Positions 22,787-32,000 of a stretch of DNA of 32,000 nucleotides are shown here, one piece after another (the stretch's first letter is position 1; every line of letters begins with the position of its first letter). The DNA lies in sequence record OZ330338.1, one strand, 5' to 3'. Below the pieces are notes generated by a model, which had not been told where the DNA came from, searched no databases, and saw nothing but the letters and a program-made list of their open reading frames with translations. A program made the translations under genes and the position numbers.

Positions 22787-23012
22787 AATATCTAGTTTTT
22801 TATACTATCTACGTTTAAACTTTTTTTAAAAAGTTGGAAAAGGTATTTTAGTTTTAACATTGAAATAAAAATATATATACTGTTTTATAACATAACGTAT
22901 GTCATAATTTTATTTTTTTAATTTGTCATTTTTGTATATAGAATATATAATGTATATAATTTATATATATATTGTATTTTATATACTATTCTAATAATTT
23001 ATAATAAAAATA

Positions 23013-23855
23013 ATGGTAAATCAACAATCTAATTACAATGTAAATAAACATCAATTTCAAAATCAACCATTTCATCTTGTTACACCAAGTCCATGGCCAC
23101 TACTAACAAGTTTTGCTCTATTTAATCTTACAACAGGATTTGTACTTTATTTTAATGGTTATCAAGGTATTCTAGGTCTATCTGGATTTTCTGTACTAAA
23201 TATTGGTTTCATTACAGTAGTAGGAGCAATAATTCTATGGTTTCGAGATGTAGTAGTAGAAGGTACTTTTCTAGGAGATCATACTTATCTAGTACAAAAA
23301 GGAATTACAATAAGTGTAGGTCTATTTATTCTATCAGAAGTATTTTTCTTTATTAGTGTATTTTGGGCATTTTTTCATAGTAGTCTTAGTCCTACTGTAG
23401 AACTAGGAAGTCAATGGCCTCCTATAGGAATTCCTACTATTAATCCTTTTGAACTACCTCTACTAAATACTGTACTTCTACTAAGTAGTGGTGCTACAGT
23501 AACATATGCACATCATAGTATAATTCAAGGTAATCGACGATCACTAATTCTAGGTACAATTATAACACTTATTTTTGCTATTCTATTTACTATTTGTCAA
23601 GGTATTGAATATTATAATGCTGGATTTACTATTGCAGATGGTGTATATGGATCTACATTCTTTTTTAGTACAGGATTCCATGGTATTCATGTACTAATTG
23701 GAACTGCTTTTATTGCTACTGCCTTCTTTCGACTACTAAGTTATCATATAACAGATATGCATCATCTAGGATTTGAAGCAAGTATTCTATATTGGCATTT
23801 TGTAGATGTAGTTTGGCTAATTCTTTTTGTAAGTGTTTATTGGTGGGGTTCATAA
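23013..23855 (+). CDS. cox3: Cytochrome c oxidase subunit 3
   Basis: 280-aa ORF with ..QPFHLVTPSPWPLLTS..GFHGIHVLIGT..YWHFVDVVWLILFVSVYWWGS. Confidence 0.98.
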   Translation: MVNQQSNYNVNKHQFQNQPFHLVTPSPWPLLTSFALFNLTTGFVLYFNGYQGILGLSGFSVLNIGFITVVGAIILWFRDVVVEGTFLGDHTYLVQKGITISVGLFILSEVFFFISVFWAFFHSSLSPTVELGSQWPPIGIPTINPFELPLLNTVLLLSSGATVTYAHHSIIQGNRRSLILGTIITLIFAILFTICQGIEYYNAGFTIADGVYGSTFFFSTGFHGIHVLIGTAFIATAFFRLLSYHITDMHHLGFEASILYWHFVDVVWLILFVSVYWWGS

Positions 23856-24203
23856 TTTTAACCATCATTAAAATAATTTTTTGCTAAATTATTCAATGTT
23901 ACTACTTTAGCAAATTTCTTTCTTTTTTAACTCTACCCGTATTCATTATAATACTTAATAGGCTATTTATACCAAGTATGGAACTAACCATGTCCGCAAA
24001 CCATACTACAATAATTTAATTAGTACTAAACTTTCCCAGTAAACAAGGGTGTCTTTTCCCCAACCAATTCCCCACTGGGGAAAACAAGGAAATTATATTC
24101 ATGACTGTATTAATAGGATGTGGGTGCGAAAAGAGTGAGAGAAAGAAGCATATTTATTCTTTTGTGTAATAATATTATTAATAATATTATATCGTATTAT
24201 AAG

Positions 24204-24280
24204 AGAGTTGTGTTTGTAGATGGTTTTCTACTGTAGAATTGCAAATTCTTTCATTAGGGTTCAATTCCCTCTCAACTCTT
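24204..24280 (+). tRNA. trnC: tRNA-Cys (anticodon GCA); D-arm region atypical, ends +/-3 nt
   Basis: Acceptor AGAGTTG/CAACTCT, anticodon stem (T)AGAA/TTCT(T) with loop TTGCAAA, T arm AGGG-TTCAATT-CCCT. The best D stem is GTAGA/TCTAC, which leaves about 3 extra nt after the acceptor. Confidence 0.8.
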
Positions 24281-24343
24281 TCTGGTAAAATATAATTAAT
24301 TTTTTTAATAGTTAACTTTAAGTTAACTGTTTTACAATTTTTT

Positions 24344-24414
24344 AAGAGTATTGTATAATGGTAGTATCATGATTTCCAAAATCATTTGTGTTGGTTCAAA
24401 TCCAGCTACTCTTG
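24344..24414 (+). tRNA. trnW: tRNA-Trp with anticodon CCA
   Basis: Acceptor AAGAGTA/TACTCTT is perfect, anticodon stem ATGAT/ATCAT is perfect with loop TTCCAAA, T arm GTTGG-TTCAAAT-CCAGC. The D stem is weak. Confidence 0.85.
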
Positions 24415-24750
24415 TTACAATAATAAATTTTTAAATAAAAATAATTTACTATTAATAATTCTTATTTTTCCACCTAGCGAAGCGTAAATTACATTTTATT
24501 CTATTTTTCTAAATTTAGAACAAAAATAGATCAGTTATTGTCAATTTTATACTAGCAATTAAAAGCGAGTCTATAGAATGTTAACTTTTTATAATTATTT
24601 CTCACTTAGCTTAGCCTGCTTTGCAGCCTTCTTTAGATTGTTTTAACCTTGTTCTTTTTATCAGTAGAACAGTTTCAATTTTATATTTTTATATATAATA
24701 TAGAATATAGAATATATATATACAGCTGGATATATATAATTTAAAATTTA

Positions 24751-24795
24751 AAAAAGTATATTAGTTGTAGTTGCGAAGCTACTACTACAACTATT
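24751..24795. repeat. 45-bp dispersed exact repeat, copy 2
   Basis: Identical to 13514-13558. Confidence 0.88.
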
Positions 24796-24886
24796 TTCCA
24801 GCAGCACTGCCTGCGCAGTATCTTAATTTTTTATATATTTGTACCTTTTTTGTATTTCTTTATTTCGCAATTTCATTTTATTCTTA

Positions 24887-24928
24887 TTTTAATTTTAATT
24901 TTAATTTTAATTTTAATTTTAATTTTAA
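24887..24928. repeat. (TTTTAA)x7 microsatellite
   Basis: Seven perfect hexamer units were read directly. Confidence 0.9.
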
Positions 24929-25000
24929 ATTATTATAAGATGACATTTTAATTTTAAAAAAGATAAAAATGAAATTCTCTTTTCTGCTTGTTTGAAAGAG

Positions 25001-25017
25001 TGCTCAGGCTCAGTTAG
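25001..25017. repeat. Left arm of a 17-bp perfect inverted repeat, TGCTCAGGCTCAGTTAG
   Basis: Its exact reverse complement CTAACTGAGCCTGAGCA lies at 25432-25448. Confidence 0.88.
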
Positions 25018-25154
25018 CAAGTGTATTATTTTCTTATTATATACAATAGAAATAGAGGTTTATAGAATACCTTTTTACAACTTTTTTCGTAAGTAATTCT
25101 ATATAGAATACAATTTTATATAATATTTTGCAATTGTATTTTTTTTCGTAGCTA

Positions 25155-25175
25155 GCGCAGTGCGCAGTGCGCAGT
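25155..25175. repeat. (GCGCAGT)x3 tandem GC-rich repeat
   Basis: GCGCAGTGCGCAGTGCGCAGT was read directly. It lies inside the segment bounded by the 17-bp inverted repeat. Confidence 0.88.
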
Positions 25176-25431
25176 ATATACTTTTTTGTGATTTCTACAA
25201 AATAAACTTTTTTACATGATATATAATATTAGGTTATATATGTTCATTTGTAAATTAAAAAATTATAAAGTACTTGTAAATTTAAAATTCTATTTACATT
25301 ATACCTCTTCAGTCTGTTTAACCTTGTCCAATAGATCTACCCAGTAAACAAGGTGGGGAGAGAAGTAAACTAGCAACGTTTTTTCTGAATTGTAGTATAA
25401 AGTCAGTTTAAAGTGGTGCTGCTTCGCCTAA

Positions 25432-25448
25432 CTAACTGAGCCTGAGCA
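25432..25448. repeat. Right arm of the 17-bp perfect inverted repeat
   Basis: It is the reverse complement of 25001-25017. The arms are separated by 414 nt. Confidence 0.88.
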
Positions 25449-25541
25449 TAGTACTATTTTTATCAATTACTAGCTACTTTTAGCGTATATTAATTGCGAA
25501 TATTGTGACAGCTTCATTTATGAATTATAAAAAGATCGGTC

Positions 25542-25958
25542 TTAATTGTAAGGTATAAAAAAAAGAATGATGTGATAATATAAAGAGTTATTAGAAGAAT
25601 CACTTCGTTTTTCAGTAAAATAAAGAGCTCCACTTCCAAATTCATATACAAATCCTAGTGTTAGAATAATAAAAAAAATTATTATAATCCAAAATCCATA
25701 CATACCTAGGTTAAAAGCACTACTAGCATAAGGATAAATAAATAGAATTTCAAGATCAAAAATCATAAATAGCATACCAACAAGATAAAATGAAATTGAA
25801 AAAGGATTACGTGTTTGTCCAAAAACTGGTGAAAAACCACATTCATAAGGAGTAACTTTTTCCGAATCAGGTCGATGAATAGCTAGTATAAAATTAAGTA
25901 GTAGTAGAATTACTGTAAGTACAGGAATAAATAGAATAAATAGTGTAATAGTATTCAT
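25542..25958 (-). CDS. nad3: NADH dehydrogenase subunit 3
   Basis: 138-aa ORF with ..[30 protein letters not shown].., followed by a C-terminal tail of about 25 aa. Its ATG overlaps the nad2 stop by 1 nt. Confidence 0.96.
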   Translation of the reverse strand: MNTITLFILFIPVLTVILLLLNFILAIHRPDSEKVTPYECGFSPVFGQTRNPFSISFYLVGMLFMIFDLEILFIYPYASSAFNLGMYGFWIIIIFFIILTLGFVYEFGSGALYFTEKRSDSSNNSLYYHIILFFIPYN

Positions 25959-27622
25959 TAATAATAAAATAGAGATAGAGCAAGTAGATTTGAAATATTT
26001 AGTAGAATTTGTTTATGTAGTAGAAATAGAGTAATCATTATTGTTATAATAGCAATTAGAAAACTATGAATACTTGAAATTTCTGTATTTTCTGCTACTT
26101 TCGTAGCGTACATCATTGATTCGGAATTATTATTTGTTGAATTTACATTTATTATAGATTTATTATTATCTGTACTATGAAAGTACATTTCTGAAATAAT
26201 TTTTAGATAATATGAGGCACTAATTACACTAACTAGTACACAAACAATACTTATGAAATAATATCCTGCATTTATACTACTATAAAGTACCATTTGTTTA
26301 GCAAAAAATCCAATTAGAGGTGGAATACCTGCTATACTAAATAGACATATACTTAGTGAAAAAGCTAGTAGAGGATTATTACTAAATTGTTTTTTTAGTT
26401 GACTAATTATAGTAATTTCTTCATAATTTATAAATGTTTCTGATGATGGTTGTGAAAGTAGTGTATTATTTTTTATAGAAGTATCATTAGTATAGTTAGA
26501 ATTAGAATTAGAATAATAAATTATATTATTTTTATTAATATATGAAAAAGCTAGTAGAGTTAGAAATACACAAGCATTAGTAATACTATATTGCATAATA
26601 TAAAATAGAAATGAATGAATACTTTCTTTAGTTAGAATAGCTAGACTTAGTAGTAGAAAACCTACATGACTAATTGTTGAATAAGCTAGTAGACGTTTAA
26701 TTCGATATTGACTTAGTCCTAGAACTGTTCCAATAATTAGACTAAGTAGTGATGATAGTAGTAGAATATTTTTAATAATATTTATATTATCACTATCTAT
26801 TACTATATTTTCTATAATTATATTTGTTTGAAATGATTCAAAACTAGGCATTAGATTTACTTGCATTTCTAGTAGAAAAATGAAAATACTAATTTTAGGT
26901 ATTGTTGTAATCCATGTTGTAATAATTGTTGGACAACCATCATATACATCTGGAGCCCAATTATGTAGTGGTGCTGCACTAACTTTAAATAGTAGACCAA
27001 TTATAATTAGAATAATACCTAGAATAACTGAATTAATAATAGTATTATCACCTAGAACTGTACATAGACTATAAATACTTTCAAATTGACTTAGACCAGT
27101 ATATCCATAAATAATAGCTTGACCTAGTAGAATTAGTGCACTACTTAGACCTCCAAGTAGAAAATATTTTAGACCTGCACTAGTAGCACTTTCAGAATTT
27201 CGATAAAGACTACAAAGTACATATACAGCAAAACTTTGTAGTTCAATACTTAGATATATACTTACTAGATCACTACTACTAATTAGCAGTGATTGACCAA
27301 TAGTAGTAAATACAATTAGCATACAATATTCACTAATTTTTATAGTAAATTGAGAATTTGAAATAGGTGCTCAACCTATAATTACAATACTTCCTATAAT
27401 AAATAGAAATGTTTCCATTGAAATAGAAATACTTGTAATTTGAAATAGTCCATTGTAGATACCTACTCCACTACTTAGTGCTGTAATATCAAATATATTT
27501 ACACTAAGTATAGCAGAATAAATAAGTACAATACACGTAATTCGATTAAATTGATGTGAATTAATAACGTAGGAGAATAGTGGTACACAAATTAGCAGAC
27601 TAATTAGAGAAATACTAAGCAT
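25958..27622 (-). CDS. nad2: NADH dehydrogenase subunit 2
   Basis: Track ORFs 27371-27622 and 25958-27322 share one frame (offset 300 nt). They join through TGA=Trp at 27371-27373, and the linker has no TAA or TAG. Motifs include ..[29 protein letters not shown]... Two low-complexity insertions are present. Confidence 0.95.
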
Positions 27623-28528
27623 TACTATTTATTAACTTAAATAAATTCTAAGTTTAATATGTTTTTTTGATCAATTGATAGCTACCTTCTCTATTGTAGC
27701 GTAAATCATTGTTTTAACAACTTCATTTTATTTTAATGGAAAAAATTGCGAATTAATGACAGTTTTATACAAACTAAAATTGCGAATCTATTACTAGCTT
27801 AAGTAATGATACTTTCGCCGATAATGTAATAAGCAAAAAGTATATTGAAGTTTTCGCAATTTTTTATACCTTTTCTCAATGTTATTATAATTATTTGTCA
27901 AAAATATAATTTATTAGTGATAAATTAACATATGTTTGAAAAGCGCGTTTAGACTAGTATACATTAAAAGTAATCAATTTATTAAGCAGAGTTCCTACGC
28001 TTTTTTCTAGACTTAGTACCAATTTTAAATAAGTAATTGTAGAATAGATGCAAAGCTAGGGACAGATCTTTGTAAAAAAATATTATATATTATATATTAT
28101 ATAGATATTTATGTTACTAGTTTAGTTACAAATAAGATGTATTCTGTATATAGAGAATTAAACTTTATCTATGTAGGCACACAAGAAAATATTCTCACAA
28201 TAATAAAATAGATTATTATTTACAATTTTCTATACTATTTCTATTTTCATTTATTTATTAGATTGATAAGATAAAACACTATAATTTAATGATAATAAAT
28301 GATTTTATCTTCTTTATAGAAGTATTACTATATTTGTATTCTTGGTGTAAACCCAATCAAACCTTCCAACAATAATATTTTATTGTTCACTATATGTAAC
28401 ATAATAAGCTATTTGCGAATAATTTATAAAACATACAACATTATAATTTATTGTATAAAGTAAAGTAAACTATTACTATACTTATAATAGTAATATTCAA
28501 TTATATATAGTAAAAAAGTTGTAAATAG

Positions 28529-28601
28529 GGTATAACTTCGGACTCGAACCGAAATTAGACAATTCCACAAATTGCTGCTTTACCATTAAGCTAGAAATAC
28601 C
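28529..28601 (-). tRNA. trnH: tRNA-His (anticodon GUG) with encoded G-1
   Basis: The reverse complement is G-GTATTTC..GTTATAC-C. D stem GCTT/AAGC, anticodon stem GCAAT/ATTGT with loop TTGTGGA, T arm TTCGG-TTCGAGT-CCGAA. An extra 5' G sits opposite discriminator C, which is the His hallmark. Confidence 0.9.
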
Positions 28602-29056
28602 TAAAAAATTTATTTTTTTAATAGCAAAGCTAATAATCAATTTTTATAATTATCATAATATTATAAATTACTGCAAAAAAGCTACCTTTGTTTACGCTTA
28701 GAATCAACTTTTTTAATAAAGTATATTTTATTTAGTCATAAATAGATTTCTTATATTCCTTTTTCTATTTATAGTTAAAACAAGAAAAATGAAAAAAAGT
28801 ATTTACGCTTCGCTAGGTATATTGCAATATAAAAATAAATATTTATCGCAACTTTTTATAGTAATATTACACTTCAAACAAAGGTTTGTAATATAAATAT
28901 AATTATTCTCAATTTATATTATTCGCAATATTAAAACTAATCATTGGGAATAATTGGGATAAATTTATTCATTGTATAATTTAATCAATAAAAGTACTAG
29001 CGATGCAAGTAATATAATTCAAGTAAATAAGTTAGTATATTATTTTATTTATATAT

Positions 29057-30577
29057 TTATTTATAAAGTTTTAAACTATATAGTAGTATACTTACAGAAG
29101 TATGAATTTGGTCTAGTATAATATTAGGAAAAATACCAAATACAATTGATATAATTAGTAGTGGTAGCAGTGAAAAGATTTCTCGTTTATTAATATCTGA
29201 AGGTATACGTAGATATTTACTAAAACTTCCAAATGCTATACGATTGTATAGCCAAATACTATATGCTGCACTAAGTACAATACCTGTACTAGCAATAATA
29301 GCAATAATAGGACTACGTTGAAAAATACCAATTAGAGAAAGAGTTTCTCCACAAAAATTAGTACTTAGAGGTACACCACTATTAAAAATAGTAAATAGAA
29401 AAAATAGAATAGAAAAAATAGGTATATAAATTGTTATACCTCGATAATAATGAATAATACGTGTATGAAATCGATCATAAAGTACACCACCACAAAGAAT
29501 AAATAGAGCTGGACTAACTAGTCCATGACCTACGCTAAGTAGAATAGCTCCATCTAGTCCTTGAATAGTATTACTAAATAGTCCTAGTACAACAATACTT
29601 ATATGACCAATACTAGAATAAGCAATTAGAGCTTTAAAATCTGTTTGTCGAAGAGTTGAAAGACTAGCATAAATTAGTGTAATTACACTAATTGCTTGTA
29701 CAACAGGACTAAAATAACTACTTGCATCAGGAAGAAATTGAATAAGAATTCGTATATATCCATAAGTAGCTAGTTTTAGAATTAGTCCAGCTAGTACTAC
29801 ACTACCACCTAGTGGTGCTTCAGCATGAGCACGAGGTAGCCAAACATGAAAAGGCCAAAGAGGTGTTTTTACAGCTATACTGAAAAAAATACAAATAAAT
29901 AGAATTTTTTGAGTATCTAGATTAATATCATTTAGCAGAATAATTTGAAAATCTGTTGATCCTACATTATAATAAATGTAAAGAAATGCTAGAAGCATAA
30001 ATAGACTACCAAATAGTGTATAAAGAAATAGTAGAAATGATGCACGTAGTCGTATTTCACTTCCTCCTCAAATACCTACAATTAGAAATAGAGGAATTAG
30101 TACACTTTCAAAAAATACATAAAATAGTATAATATCTAGTACTAGAAATGTACATAGTAGTAGTGTTTCTAGTATTAGAAAACAAATTAGAAAATATTTA
30201 AGATTTATAGTAATATTATTTCAATTACTAATAACACAAATTGGTATAATAAATGTTGTTAGTATAACAAAATAAAGTGAAATACCATCTAGACCTAGAT
30301 GAAGATGAAGAAAATTATATTCATTAAATTCACATGTAAATTGATATGCTGAAGAATTATTATCAAATTTTATAAAAATTCATAGACTTCAAATAAAATT
30401 ACATAGTATAATAAATAGTGTAATTTGTTTTATATTTATTGATGGATTAATATTACTTGCAATAATACTATTATTGTTAGAATTAGAAATTTTTGTATTA
30501 TATTCTGATTCTGATCCTGGTATTAGAGAAATAATAAATACACCAATTAGAGGAATTAGAAGTAGTGTGTAAAGCAT
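29057..30577 (-). CDS. nad4: NADH dehydrogenase subunit 4
   Basis: Track ORFs 29057-29998 and 30389-30625 share one frame (offset 627 nt). I translated the gap and found only TGA codons, for example the conserved GI-W-GG at 30068-30070, with no TAA or TAG. The track start at 30625 is a TTG. The first ATG is at 30577 (MLYTLLLIPLIG..), so that is preferred. Confidence 0.93.
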
Positions 30578-31248
30578 TTGTATAATAAATAGAAAGTAGA
30601 AATATGCATAATTAGCATAACTCAATTTGAATAGTTTATAAATACCTTAATAAGGAAAACTATTCTATTATATATAGAAACTTATACTTATTTCTATATT
30701 TTATTTTTAAAACTTTATTTAGCAAAAACTTTATATTAGCTTCGCTATAAATGAATAGTTGTCACAAAACTAATTTACTAGCTTTATAAATGCTAAGCTA
30801 GAAAAAAGAATAATCTATTTATATGATTTTATAGCTACTTCTAGCGTATTATATTTATTTAGTTATAAATAGTATAAATGATTGCATTTATATTATTAGC
30901 AAAAATTTATAGCTACTTTTTCTATTGTAGCGTATATTAATAAAGTTGTAAATAGTATAAGATAATAAAAATGTTCTTTAAAACAATCTATTATAAATTT
31001 ATTTACAAAAAATACTAATTATTTTAGATAATAAAGTTCTTTTATAAAATGTTTCCAGAAATTATAGTAAGGCATGAAATCATGTACAAATTTATATTAG
31101 CTTTATTATAAAGCTGTAATAATTTAATCATTTAAACTATTACTAGTTTTGCTAACCGTATATTATCATTATTTTTTCTATTTATATATTTGTACTTTCT
31201 ACGAAAATAGCGTACATTATATTCTATAAAATTGCAAAAAAAATATAA

Positions 31249-31551
<303 letters not shown>

Positions 31552-32000
31552 ATAATGTAGAGCCTATATGGCTTTTCTCTTTATAGATAAACTATTTTTT
31601 ATAAACTAAAGATAGTTTAATCTTTAAAAACTATATAAGATAACTATATATATATATACATATATCTATATGGATAACTATATATCCATTTTAATCTAGA
31701 ATATAAAACTGTGATTAAATAGCAATTAAATTAGCAATAGAATATATCTATATATTTAGTATACAATTTTAGTTATTACTAAAATTAATATACGCTACTA
31801 TAATATTATAAGTTAGTAAGTATTAACGTATCTTTCTTTTACTTACTGTTAGTATAATTAGTATTATAAATAATGAATAGTTTTAATGTAATTATTCATA
31901 AATGTAGATATTAAATAAGTAATAATAAAAACATTTTTGTAATTAGTGTAATAGTAGTATAAATGTTTATACTATTGTTACTATTTTTTGCTAGTAAATA

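Noticed and set aside
26440-26545. Asn/Ser-rich low-complexity insertions in nad2 (about 26440-26545 and 26100-26200), nad4 (about 30440-30520) and nad5 (12298-12345)
   Set aside because: In-frame AT-driven expansions in loop regions are common in AT-rich mitochondrial genes and are not informative by themselves. The exception is the hairpin-element copy in nad2, reported separately.
26880-27074. Track ORF 26880-27074 (+)
   Set aside because: It is antisense to the well-supported nad2 CDS.
31561-31573. Small palindrome AGCC-TATAT-GGCT 10 nt after the atp9 stop, as a terminator
   Set aside because: It has only a 4-bp stem. Similar mini-palindromes are everywhere in the spacers, so there is no specific support for a terminator call.

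Overview
This window is strongly AT-rich fungal mitochondrial DNA. It must be read with translation table 4, because TGA sits at conserved Trp positions in nad5, cox1, nad2 and nad4.

Gene order:
- trnV(-), atp8, atp6
- minus-strand block: trnS(UGA), trnY, trnF, trnA, rns
- trnD, nad4L, nad5 (one group I intron carrying an eroded LAGLIDADG ORF)
- trnM, trnE, trnT, trnQ, trnK(-), trnS(GCU)
- cox1 (one group I intron with an intact LAGLIDADG ORF fused in frame to exon 1), cob, cox3, trnC, trnW
- minus-strand block: nad3, nad2, trnH, nad4
- atp9(+)

That totals 11 core protein genes, one intact and one degenerate homing-endonuclease ORF, rns and 15 tRNAs. Genes on both strands, plus the 1-nt nad4L/nad5 and nad2/nad3 overlaps, fit a basidiomycete-type mtDNA. 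That is an inference; the species cannot be named from the sequence alone. rnl, nad1, nad6, cox2 and rps3 are not in the window.

I see no CRISPR array, defence genes, transposase or plasmid-type polymerase ORF. Most small track ORFs are spurious, and the split ORFs are artefacts of reading TGA as stop.

The unusual content is in the large non-coding fraction, which is filled with several families of short GC-containing hairpin repeats:
- a TAGCTAC..GTAGCGTA element, with one copy in frame inside nad2
- a related 16-mer that also occurs inside the cox1 intron ORF
- an over-represented TTGCGAA/TTCGCAA heptamer
- GCGCAGT palindromes
- a CCCAGTAAACAAGG motif downstream of cob and cox3
- a 17-bp perfect inverted repeat pair in the convergent strand-switch spacer

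Other points worth a second look are a tRNA-Trp with anticodon CCA despite UGA=Trp usage, a tRNA-Glu candidate with C33, and near-avoidance of TTR-Leu and AGR-Arg codons. All repeat and motif calls were made by eye and need computational confirmation.
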